DNA of 17,984 bases. It comes from Thermoplasmatales archaeon SW_10_69_26. Its GTDB lineage: Archaea; Thermoplasmatota; SW-10-69-26. The stretch is from NCBI GenBank assembly GCA_003009755.1, contig PXUB01000013.1, forward strand, positions 1 through 17,984. Direction: 5' to 3'. Under the pieces are notes generated by a model that had not been told where the DNA came from, made no database searches, and saw nothing but the letters and a program-made list of their open reading frames with translations. Both the position numbers and the translations under genes were made by a program. This document shows positions 8,049 through 16,201 of the stretch, one piece after another. How positions within the stretch are numbered: position 1 is the stretch's first letter; each line of letters opens with the position of its first letter.

Positions 8049-8699
8049 CCCAGCGACCCGCTCGACCTCGTTCTTCTTGTTGACCGCGTAGCTGTCCTGG
8101 GAGTCGTTGGCTGCGTCGAGCAGCTCCTGAGCCAGGCAGAGGTGCACCGGCGTCTTGTTCTTGTAGCTGGTCTGCATGACGCCCTTCGTCAGGTTGCGCA
8201 GCGCCCAGTCGACGCGGCGGGAGGGAGCGGTGTCGACGGCCTTGGGCACGCTGATGCCGCCGTAGCGCAGACGGGTGACCTCCTCGCGCGGCGCCGCGTT
8301 CTGCAGCGCGTCGACGAGGATCTGCAGCGGGTTCGTGTCGGTCTCCTCCGCGATGTGGGCAAAGGCGTCCTCGATGACGCCGATCGCCTTCGTCTTCTTG
8401 CCCGTGTACTCCTCGGTGCGCATCAGCTGGTTGGCGAACCGCTCGACGATGTTGACCTCGGACTTTCCGAACCACTCGTTCGCGTGGCGGGCGCCCGTGT
8501 GGACGCTGAACTGGCCGCTGAGGTTGACGTAGCGGGCCAGCCCGCGATCCTCGATCACGACGTCGCTGGGGTCCCAGCGGTCGAAGAGGTAGTCACCGAT
8601 GGCCGATCCCTCGGTGTCGGGACCCATCGGGACGACGGGGTCGGGTTCTTCGTGGGCGAGTTCCTCGGTTTCCTCGGTCTCGGCTTCTTCCTCGGCCAC
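8037..8699 (-). CDS. rps7: 30S ribosomal protein S7 (uS7), archaeal type, with acidic N-terminal extension
   Basis: IVERFAN.LMR, NPLQILVDAL.NAAPREE, PKAVDTAPSRRVD, ELLDAAN, KKNEVERVA.SAR. GTG start at 8699 follows GGTGA, which overlaps the rps12 stop. Confidence 0.97.
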   Translation of the reverse strand: MAEEEAETEETEELAHEEPDPVVPMGPDTEGSAIGDYLFDRWDPSDVVIEDRGLARYVNLSGQFSVHTGARHANEWFGKSEVNIVERFANQLMRTEEYTGKKTKAIGVIEDAFAHIAEETDTNPLQILVDALQNAAPREEVTRLRYGGISVPKAVDTAPSRRVDWALRNLTKGVMQTSYKNKTPVHLCLAQELLDAANDSQDSYAVNKKNEVERVAGSAR

Positions 8700-8703
8700 G
8701 CGA

Positions 8704-9132
8704 TCACCGCATCGGTTTCTCCTTCTTCCCGAGCACGAGCTCCTCGAGGGAGACACCGTTGACCTTGACGACCTTGAACCGCACGCCCGGGATGTCCCCG
8801 TACGAGCGACCCATGGCGCCGCCGATGCCCTCGATGAGGACCTCGTCGTGCTCGTCGATGAAGTTGATGGCGCCGTCACCCACGCAGAAGGCGGTGACTT
8901 GACGCCCGTTCTTGATGAGTTGGACCTTCACGCACTTCCGGATGGCGGAGTTCGGCTGCTTGGCCTCGATCCCGACCTTCTCGATCACGATACCCCGGCC
9001 TTGGGGCGCGCCACCGAGCGGGTCAGCCTTGTCGCGGAGGTTCTCCGCGCGGCGTTTGTAGTGTCGGTCGGACCAGCGGAACTTCTTCCGGTCCTTCTTC
9101 AGCTTGCGTGCAGCGTTCAATCCGTTCGCCAT
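8704..9132 (-). CDS. rps12: 30S ribosomal protein S12 (uS12), archaeal type, 142 aa
   Basis: [23 protein letters not shown] and [13 protein letters not shown] are present. Start ATG 9132 ([11 protein letters not shown]) with a GGTGA SD. Confidence 0.98.
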   Translation of the reverse strand: MANGLNAARKLKKDRKKFRWSDRHYKRRAENLRDKADPLGGAPQGRGIVIEKVGIEAKQPNSAIRKCVKVQLIKNGRQVTAFCVGDGAINFIDEHDEVLIEGIGGAMGRSYGDIPGVRFKVVKVNGVSLEELVLGKKEKPMR

Positions 9133-9205
9133 CGGATGGTCACCCTCGCCCCGGGTGGACAGACGTCCCTCGGGGCCATCGTGGAACCAGGCAAAGAAGG
9201 TCCTG

Positions 9206-9211
9206 TATAAA
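9206..9211 (-). promoter_or_regulatory. Putative TATA box (TTTATA) with BRE-like CGCAAA upstream, for rps12-rps7
   Basis: The minus strand reads cgcaaaccTTTATAcagg, about 75 nt upstream of the rps12 start, the same spacing as for EF-2. Confidence 0.7.
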
Positions 9212-9419
9212 GGTTTGCGGGTGGGTTCCTGGCGGGCTGTCTCGTTAAGCAGGGGCCGCGAAGGACACGAAGGATCGCCAAGGCCACGAAGGGCCTGTGA
9301 CTCGCCGCCGGGCGGCTTTGTCACGGCAGCTGCTCGCCTTTGTGCCCTGGCGTCCCTTCGCGTACTTGGTGGTCCCCCCCCCGTTTCTTATCCTTACAGC
9401 GCGGGTGCGGGCCGACCTG

Positions 9420-10037
9420 TCACGGGTCCTCCCCGTGCTCGGCGATCAGCTGGCGCCCCCGGTCGGCGCACTCGGGGTACGCCTCGGCCAGCTCGGTGCC
9501 GAGGAACGCCTCGATCTCCTCCAACCGCTCTCGCGTGCGCTTGACCGCGTGGTCGTCGTCGGCCGGGGCGTTGCCCTGCACCTTCTCGTGGCCTTCCCGC
9601 CATCCCTCTGGGAAGTACCACACTTTGTACCAGCGGGCGCCGGCTCGCCACAACAGGTACCCCAGGGCCGTGCAGGCCGGGGGCACGTCCACGCTCAGGG
9701 CTCGCAGCGAGGCCGGATGCCCGTCGCAGGACACCATCACGTAGCTGCCGGGCAACAGCACGGTGCCCAGCTCCTCGAACAGCTCGATCTGCTCCTCCCA
9801 CGTGAGCGCCTCGCCGTCGGTCTCGCCCCCGACCCAGGGCCGGTAGCGGACCTCCAGCCACGGATGCCGCCAGGCGGTCCCGGGGTTCGTCTGCCCCTCG
9901 AAGAGCCGCCATCGGGCGCCCGCACGGTGGGCCTCCACTCGCACGGGATGGGGGCTGGACTCGTCGCTTTCCTCCTCCACGCTCAGATCCATGCCAGCGA
10001 CGGTCACGCCATCGAGCTTGTCGAGGGGAAGGCGCAC
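9420..10037 (-). CDS. DUF1122-like protein (about 205 aa)
   Basis: PWLEV, T.LG.LL..AG.RWYK.WYFPEG.REG..KVQG resembles the DUF1122 signature. Probable GTG start at 10037 with GTGAGG upstream. Confidence 0.75.
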   Translation of the reverse strand: MRLPLDKLDGVTVAGMDLSVEEESDESSPHPVRVEAHRAGARWRLFEGQTNPGTAWRHPWLEVRYRPWVGGETDGEALTWEEQIELFEELGTVLLPGSYVMVSCDGHPASLRALSVDVPPACTALGYLLWRAGARWYKVWYFPEGWREGHEKVQGNAPADDDHAVKRTRERLEEIEAFLGTELAEAYPECADRGRQLIAEHGEDP

Positions 10038-10186
10038 GTCGCCCTCACGTGCGCGCGGCGAAAGAAGTTTGGCCCCCGCCCAAGCCGACGCTTGGCGAGC
10101 CCAACCGCGGCCGTGCCACGGAATCCCCCGCGGATGTGAGCAGGAGGTCACCCGGAGGAGGCAGGACGTGCGGTATCGGGCCCGTC

Positions 10187-10192
10187 TTTTAT
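10187..10192 (+). promoter_or_regulatory. Putative TATA box (TTTTAT) for fbp, probably a leaderless transcript
   Basis: Lies about 28 nt upstream of ATG 10220, with no SD between. Confidence 0.55.
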
Positions 10193-10219
10193 CTACCGCC
10201 GGTCTATGTCCGGTCAACC

Positions 10220-11389
10220 ATGACGGAGGTCACCGCCAGCATCATCAAGTGCGACGTCGGGGGATGGCCGGGCCATTCGACGACGCACCCGGACCTCGAG
10301 GAGACCGCCCGCGAGCAGTTGGCCGACGCCAGCAACGCCGGCGCGATCGAGGACTTCCACGTCACGCACGTGGGCGACGATCTGAACCTGATCATGCTCC
10401 ACCGCGAGGGTGCGGACGCCGAGGCCGTCCACAGCCTCGCCTACGACGTCTTCGAGGAGGCGACCGAGGTCGCCAAGGAACTGGGCCTGTACGGCGCCGG
10501 CCAGGACCTGCTCTCCGACGCGTTCAGCGGCAACGTCCGCGGCATGGGTCCCGGCGTCGCCGAGATGTCGTTCACCAAGCGCACCAGCGAGCCGATCCTC
10601 GCCTTCCTGATGGACAAGACGGAGCCGGGCGCGTTCAACCTGCCCATCTACAAGATGTTCGCCGACCCGTTCAGCACGGCCGGGCTCGTCATCGATCCCA
10701 ACCTCCACCAGGGCTTCCGCTTCGAGGTCTGGGACATCCAGGAGCACGAGCGCGTGTTCCTCGAGACGCCCGAGGACAGCTACAAGCTGCTGGCCCTCAT
10801 CGGCGCCAAGGAGCGCTTCGTGATCAAGCGCGTCTACCCCAAGGAGGCGCACAAGCTGCCCAGCGACGAACCGGTCGTCGCCGTCAGCACGGAGAAGCTC
10901 GTCGACGTCGCCGGCGAGTACGTCGGCAAGGACGATCCGGTCGCGCTCGTCCGCGCGCAATCGGGCCTGCCCGCCGTCGGCGAGGTCCTCGAACCGTTCA
11001 GCTTCCCCCACCTCGTCAGCGGGTGGATGCGCGGCTCGCACAACGGTCCGATCATGCCCGTCGGCGTCGAGGACGCGGACTGCACCCGCTTCGACGGTCC
11101 GCCCCGCGTCGTCGGCCTCGGCTTCAACGTCCACAACGAGCTCGAGCTCACCGGTCCCGTCGACCACTTCGACGACCCGGCCTTCGACAACGCTCGCGAG
11201 AAGGCCAACGAGGTGACCGACTACATGCGCCAGCACGGCCCCTTCGAGCCGCATCGGCTCCCGCTCGAGGAGATGGAGTACACGACGCTGCCCGGCATCC
11301 TCGAGTCCCTCGAGGGCCAGTGGCACTCCGTCGACGCGGAGGCCTCCGAGGTCGACGCCGAGACCGTCACCGTCGGCGAGGTCGAGTGA
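10220..11389 (+). CDS. fbp: Bifunctional fructose-1,6-bisphosphate aldolase/phosphatase (class V FBPase), 389 aa
   Basis: IKCDVGG.PGH, GDD, LYGAGQDLLSDAFSGNVRGMGPG.AE, DKTEPGAFN, YVGKDDP (Schiff-base Lys), GWMRGSH, GPFEPHRL and EYT are all present. Confidence 0.97.
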   Translation: MTEVTASIIKCDVGGWPGHSTTHPDLEETAREQLADASNAGAIEDFHVTHVGDDLNLIMLHREGADAEAVHSLAYDVFEEATEVAKELGLYGAGQDLLSDAFSGNVRGMGPGVAEMSFTKRTSEPILAFLMDKTEPGAFNLPIYKMFADPFSTAGLVIDPNLHQGFRFEVWDIQEHERVFLETPEDSYKLLALIGAKERFVIKRVYPKEAHKLPSDEPVVAVSTEKLVDVAGEYVGKDDPVALVRAQSGLPAVGEVLEPFSFPHLVSGWMRGSHNGPIMPVGVEDADCTRFDGPPRVVGLGFNVHNELELTGPVDHFDDPAFDNAREKANEVTDYMRQHGPFEPHRLPLEEMEYTTLPGILESLEGQWHSVDAEASEVDAETVTVGEVE

Positions 11390-11421
11390 CGAACGGCATC
11401 CAGAGCGCGTTCGTCACTCGA
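11382..11421 (+). terminator. Perfect 14-bp inverted repeat spanning the fbp stop codon (possible 3'-end structure)
   Basis: tcgagtgacgaacg (11382-11395) pairs with cgttcgtcactcga (11408-11421). There is no U-tract, so terminator function is uncertain. Confidence 0.4.
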
Positions 11422-11464
11422 GACCGCGGCCGGGCGCCTACGTGCGGCGAGCGGCCGTGCGAAT

Positions 11465-11510
11465 CACGAGCATCCCTGGCCCGGTGAAGACCGCGGGCCG
11501 GATGCTCGTG
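11465..11510. repeat. Fifth Y-type bulged hairpin, inverted relative to the rps7 array
   Basis: cacgagcatcc-CT-ggcccg-gtgaagaccg-cgggcc-ggatgctcgtg. The reverse complement has the same outer stem, 6-bp stem and AG bulge, with a 10-nt core. Confidence 0.65.
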
Positions 11511-11735
11511 GTCGAGGGATGCCCGAGGTCGAGTAACAGCCGACGACCCACGCATGGCTCGCACTCGTGAGACCGAGTCTCCTCAACCCAGCCCCGCCTC
11601 GGTCGGACCGCGAGGATCGCTCGTCCGGCGTCCACCGCTCGGCCTCGATGGTCGCGAGATCCCGAACCGACCGCGAGCCGCGTGTGGCGTGCCTGGGCCT
11701 TGGTCGGGTGTCCGCGGTCGGCCCAGGCTCGACGA

Positions 11736-11981
11736 TCAGGCCGAGCTCGTGTCCGTCTCGTCGATGACCTCCTCACCGAGATCCTCACCTAACGGCTCCT
11801 CGCCCCCCTCCTCGTCGGCTCGCTCCTCGAAGTAGGCCACCACCGCCTCCTCCACCATCTCGGAGACCGTGGTCCCGGTGAGGATCTTCAGGCTGTGGAG
11901 CTTGAGGTGCAACCGCTTCGGCAGCGACACCTTCATCGTCTTGTCCTCGTCGAGATCCATGTCGTCGTCGCGAATGTCCAT
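11736..11981 (-). CDS. Small ribbon-helix-helix (CopG/ParG-like) DNA-binding protein with acidic tails, 81 aa
   Basis: KTMKVSLPKRLHLKLHSLKILTGTTVSEMVEEAVVAYFE fits a beta-alpha-alpha pattern. SD GGAGG(GTG) lies upstream. Confidence 0.7.
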   Translation of the reverse strand: MDIRDDDMDLDEDKTMKVSLPKRLHLKLHSLKILTGTTVSEMVEEAVVAYFEERADEEGGEEPLGEDLGEEVIDETDTSSA

Positions 11982-12154
11982 GTAACACCCTCCACGGGAG
12001 GTCCGGGCGACGGGCCCAGCGGATGCCTATCCTCCTGTGTCAGTACAGTCCAGTTACCGCCAACGACGGCCGAACATCTCCCCAGGCCATCGTCCCTCCG
12101 ACCGAGCCGGACCCACACCCCACGCCGGCCCCCACCTGCCAGTGCACGACGGGG

Positions 12155-12625
12155 TCAGTCCAGGTTCGGGAGCTTGACGACCTGAACCCAGTAGAGGCCC
12201 AGCTCGTGGATCGTCGCGATGAACGTCTTCACGTCCATCGGTTTCGTGATGAACCCGGCGGCCTGGAGCTCGTAGCTTTTGCGGAGATCGTCCTCGTCGT
12301 CGGAGGTGGTGAGGATGACCACGGGGATCTCCTGTAGCTCGGGATCGTCCTTGACGCGAGCCAACAGCTCGTGGCCACCCACGCGGGGCAGGTTGAGATC
12401 GAGCAAGATCAGCTCGGGACGGCTGGCCTCCTCGTAGCCGTCCTCGCGATGGAGGTAAGCCAAGGCCTCGTCCCCGTCGCGGAGCACGGTCACGTCGTTG
12501 GCGATCCGCATCGTCGCCAGCCCCTCCTCGACCAGGCGCACGTCGCCGGGGTTGTCCTCGACGAGGAGGATCTCGATCGGTTCGGAGCCGGTGAGCTCGT
12601 CCTCGACGTCCAGGTCACCGGTCAC
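12155..12625 (-). CDS. Single-domain response regulator (Rcp1-like receiver), 156 aa
   Basis: ILLVEDNPGD, ILLDLNLPRVGG, IPVVILTTS and ITKP are present. The GTG start at 12625 overlaps the kinase stop (GTGA). Confidence 0.93.
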   Translation of the reverse strand: MTGDLDVEDELTGSEPIEILLVEDNPGDVRLVEEGLATMRIANDVTVLRDGDEALAYLHREDGYEEASRPELILLDLNLPRVGGHELLARVKDDPELQEIPVVILTTSDDEDDLRKSYELQAAGFITKPMDVKTFIATIHELGLYWVQVVKLPNLD

Positions 12626-14376
12626 GTCGACGCCCCCTCGGCGGCTGGCATCGTGAAGTGGAACGCCGAGCCCTCGCCCGGCTCGCTGTCGACCCAGATC
12701 TCGCCACCGTGGCGGTCGACGATCTGTTCGCAGATCGCCAGCCCGATCCCGGTGCCGCCGGTCCCGTCGCCGATGCGATGGAACACCTCGAAGATCTCCT
12801 CGGTGGCCTCGCTCGGGATGCCGACGCCCTCGTCGTCGACGGTGAACCGCCACCGTTGTTCCTCGCGGACGGCGTGGACGTGGATGCACGGGGCCTGGTC
12901 GCCGCTGTACTCCAGCGCGTTGGAGACGAGGTTGCGGAACACCTGGGCCAGCTGGTCGGGGTCGGCTTGCACGGTCGGCAGGTCCTCGACGGTGAGGCGC
13001 GCCCCGGTCTCCTCGATCTTGACCTCGAGGTCGGCGAGGGCGTCCTCGAGGACCCCGTGGGCGTCCACGGGCTGGGGCTCGCGGCTCTCGGTCTGCACGC
13101 GGGCGTACGTCAGCAGGCTGTCGATCAGGCGCTTCATGCGGTGGGCGCCCTCGCGAGCCTGACCGAGCAGGTCGCGGCCGTCCGGGTCCAAGTCCTCACC
13201 GTGGCGGTCGTCGAGAAGCTGCAGGTAGCTGGTGATCGTGCGCAGGGGCTCTTGCAGGTCGTGGCTGGCGGCGTAGGCGAACTGCTCGAGGCGACGGTTG
13301 GTGGCTTCGAGCCGTTGCTCGTACCGTCGGCGATCCGTCAGGTCCCGGATGACCTTCGAGAACCCCTGCAGCTCTCCGTCCTCGTCGTGGAGGGCCGTCA
13401 TCGTCATCTTGGCCCAGAACCGCGAGCCGTCCTTGCGCACCTGCCAGGCTTCCTCCTCGACGCTGCCCCGGTCTTCAGCTTCGCGGATCGAGCGCTCGGG
13501 GCGGCCCGCCCGACGGTCCTCCTCTGTGAAGAACGTCGAGAAGTGCTCGCCGAGGATCTGATCCTCGGTGTAGCCGATCATCGTCTCGGCGCCGACGTTC
13601 CACGTCTGGATATGGCCCTCGGGATCGCAGCTGAAGATCGCGTACTCCTCGACCTGCTGGACGAGGGTCTCGAAGCGGCGCTTCTCCTCCTCGAGCTGGC
13701 GTTGGCTGCGTTGGCGGTGGACCGCCTGACTCAGCACGCGAGCCATCGCCTGCACGAACCTGGCGTCGTGTCGGTCGAAGGAACGCGGCTCGCGCGCTCG
13801 GACGCTGAAGATCCCCCAGGCGTCCTCGGGCGCGGGGACGACGACGGCGATGCTGCTCTGCACGTCGAGCTCCGCGAACAACGGCGGTCGACGGAACCGA
13901 TCCTCTTGCTCGTAGTCGTCGACGATCGTGGCGTCCCAGTTGCGGATCGTGTGCCCGGCCTGGGTCCCAGCGTCGACCGAGAGGTGCGCCTGGCCGACCT
14001 GTGCCGACGGCCAGCCGGTGCCCGCCGCCAACACGAGGTCTCCGGTCTCGGGATCGAGCTGGAACACGTCGCTGTAGTCGGCCTCGAGAACGGCCGCGGT
14101 CCGCCGGCACAGCTCCTCGGCGAGGTCCGGGAGGCCGCGGCGCTGGAGCGCGAACCGGCTGATCTCCTGCAAGGCCGACTGCTGGGCCAGCCGATCCTCC
14201 AGTTCGGCGGTCCGCTGCTCGACGCGGTGCTCGAGCTCGGCGGCGAGCTGCTCGAGCTCCTGCTGACGGTCGTAGAGATCCCGGGTCGAGGCCTCGGCGA
14301 TGCGTTCGGCCTCCTTGCGGCGCTGGCTTTCGCGCTCGGCCCGCCGCTGCAGCCGGGACATCGTCTCCTCAGCCAC
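12622..14376 (-). CDS. Cytoplasmic sensor histidine kinase (coiled coil-GAF-PAS-HisKA-HATPase), 584 aa
   Basis: H-box ASHDLQEPLR, N-box NLVSNA, DEGVGI and GTGIGLAIC are present. PAS: WNVGAE..GY...I.G, RKDGSRFWA. A GAF-like segment precedes it. No TM segment. The start overlaps the H-NOX 3' end. Confidence 0.95.
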   Translation of the reverse strand: MAEETMSRLQRRAERESQRRKEAERIAEASTRDLYDRQQELEQLAAELEHRVEQRTAELEDRLAQQSALQEISRFALQRRGLPDLAEELCRRTAAVLEADYSDVFQLDPETGDLVLAAGTGWPSAQVGQAHLSVDAGTQAGHTIRNWDATIVDDYEQEDRFRRPPLFAELDVQSSIAVVVPAPEDAWGIFSVRAREPRSFDRHDARFVQAMARVLSQAVHRQRSQRQLEEEKRRFETLVQQVEEYAIFSCDPEGHIQTWNVGAETMIGYTEDQILGEHFSTFFTEEDRRAGRPERSIREAEDRGSVEEEAWQVRKDGSRFWAKMTMTALHDEDGELQGFSKVIRDLTDRRRYEQRLEATNRRLEQFAYAASHDLQEPLRTITSYLQLLDDRHGEDLDPDGRDLLGQAREGAHRMKRLIDSLLTYARVQTESREPQPVDAHGVLEDALADLEVKIEETGARLTVEDLPTVQADPDQLAQVFRNLVSNALEYSGDQAPCIHVHAVREEQRWRFTVDDEGVGIPSEATEEIFEVFHRIGDGTGGTGIGLAICEQIVDRHGGEIWVDSEPGEGSAFHFTMPAAEGAST

Positions 14377-14941
14377 GGGCGTGGGCCTCCCGGCTCGTCG
14401 ATGCCTCGACCGTCAGCACGAGGTCACAGTAGCTGTCCCCCTCGTGCACGCAGCGGGGTTGCTGGACGCCGATCTCCTCCCCGTAGCGGTCGCCGGTGCC
14501 CAACAACAGACCCTCGGCGAACGAGCACAGGCCCCGCTCGGACTCGTAGCGCAGCGAGAGATCCCCGTCCTCGGGGTCCTCATCGAGGGCGAAGGTCGGG
14601 ACCTCGGCGCCCGGGTACAGCTTGCGGACCTCGGGGTGGATCACGTCGTTCAGCGTCAACGCGAACTCCCGCGTCGAGGTGTGAGGCTCGAACAGCTCGG
14701 GGTAGCGGTCCGCCAGCCGATGCAGCGCCCGGCGGCCGAACCACTGCTGGGCTCGCCGGCCGCTGTACCCGACGACGGGCTCGGCGGCTTGCAACAAGGT
14801 GACCAGCTGCTCGTAGGGATAGTTGCCCAGCGTCGTGTAGACGCCGTCGAGGCCCGCCTCCTCGAGGATCCGATCCCACGCGTCCATGCCGTGCTCGTCG
14901 ACGATCGTCTCCTCGAGCAACGTGAACACGATGCCCTTCAC
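14369..14941 (-). CDS. Heme nitric oxide/oxygen-binding (H-NOX/HNOB) protein, 190 aa
   Basis: MKGIVF start, G...W..I, Y...G.Y, FG, proximal His102 in IHPEVRKLYP, Pro115, YxSxR (YESER, 132-136), G144 and Cys139/164/172. GTG start with GAGGTGAG SD. Confidence 0.93.
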   Translation of the reverse strand: MKGIVFTLLEETIVDEHGMDAWDRILEEAGLDGVYTTLGNYPYEQLVTLLQAAEPVVGYSGRRAQQWFGRRALHRLADRYPELFEPHTSTREFALTLNDVIHPEVRKLYPGAEVPTFALDEDPEDGDLSLRYESERGLCSFAEGLLLGTGDRYGEEIGVQQPRCVHEGDSYCDLVLTVEASTSREAHARG

Positions 14942-15050
14942 TGGGTCTCACCTCGTCGAGCAGGCTCCCAGTGAACCGAGATGCCCTCGGCCATCGTGGG
15001 AAGTTGGCCCTCGCTGCCGTATCCCGGTTGGGCCGGGCGCACATCTGGGC

Positions 15051-16088
15051 CTAAGCGGTCAGCTCGGTCCCGCAGGCCGGGCAAAAGGTCCCGTCGGCGG
15101 GCGCTTGAGCCTCGCAGCCATCGCACGTCACCGTCGCCTGCGGGGTGTCGTCCGAGGAGAAGGCACAAGCCAGCGGGGTGGCCCTCGCGCTGGTCCACGC
15201 CGAGCAGGCGCCCAGCACGGCCAACCCGCCGACCACGGTCGCGATGCCGCCGGCGAGCACGAACGCGTACCCGACCGAGGCGCCGGCGCCCAGGCTAGAG
15301 AACAGCGTCCAGGGCGTCGTGCCCAGCCACCAGGCGGCGAACACGACCTCGCCCAAGCCCCACACGAGGCCGCCCAGCGCCACGCCCAACGCCACCCCGG
15401 CGCGGCCACGGGCATCCCCGCGCACGAACGGTAAGACGGTGGCGGCCAAGGTCGCGACGAGGTAGCCGCTGACGTGCACCGCCTCCCCGTACCGGAAGAC
15501 GATCTCGGCCCCGAACCGCGAGGCGTTCGTGATCGAGCCGGGGACGGTGGCCACGCCTCCGAGCAGCAACCCGCTGGCGACCAGGCCCAACACGCCGGCC
15601 GACAACGAGGGCCCGGTGCGGTCCGGGCGGTACAGGTTCAACGCCAGCAGGCCGAACAGGCCCGCGAGGACGAGGACCACGCCGCCGCCGATCGCTTGCC
15701 CCGAGCCGCCGCCGGTCATCATCTGGAAGATCCCGATGACGAGCCACAGCGTCGCGAACAGCGTTGCGGGCTTCGCCAGCGAGACCGGTTCGTCCTCGGA
15801 GAAGAGGTGCAAGGCCAGCGGCAGCAGGGAGGCGCCGAGCACGACGAGCGTCGACGCCGTCGCCAGGTGGAACAGGAACGAGAACACGCCGCGGGGGTCG
15901 TCGAGCCCGCCCAGCGCCGTTAGCCGCCAGATGCCGTTGCCCGTGCCCACGAGGATCAGGCCAAGTCCGACCGCGAACGCCGCAACCGCGCCCAACCGGC
16001 GGGCCAGATCCCGCGAGCGGTCCACCCAAGCCTGCTCGTCGCTCGACAGCTCCACGCTCGCGGGGTCCCCAGCCTCGACTGCCATCAC
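15051..16088 (-). CDS. Multi-pass membrane protein with C-terminal zinc ribbon
   Basis: Roughly nine to ten hydrophobic Gly/Ala/Leu-rich segments, then CDGC...FCPACG. A TTTATC box at 16111-16116 lies about 25 nt upstream. Confidence 0.8.
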   Translation of the reverse strand: MMAVEAGDPASVELSSDEQAWVDRSRDLARRLGAVAAFAVGLGLILVGTGNGIWRLTALGGLDDPRGVFSFLFHLATASTLVVLGASLLPLALHLFSEDEPVSLAKPATLFATLWLVIGIFQMMTGGGSGQAIGGGVVLVLAGLFGLLALNLYRPDRTGPSLSAGVLGLVASGLLLGGVATVPGSITNASRFGAEIVFRYGEAVHVSGYLVATLAATVLPFVRGDARGRAGVALGVALGGLVWGLGEVVFAAWWLGTTPWTLFSSLGAGASVGYAFVLAGGIATVVGGLAVLGACSAWTSARATPLACAFSSDDTPQATVTCDGCEAQAPADGTFCPACGTELTA

Positions 16089-16201
16089 GCCCCGAACATC
16101 GCCCGGTGAGGATAAAGGCCCGGGATGCCGGATCGCGCCCTCCGCGGCGAAGATGTTCCCTCGCCAGGCAACCTAACCACCGGAGGCGGGCTGACCCGTT
16201 C

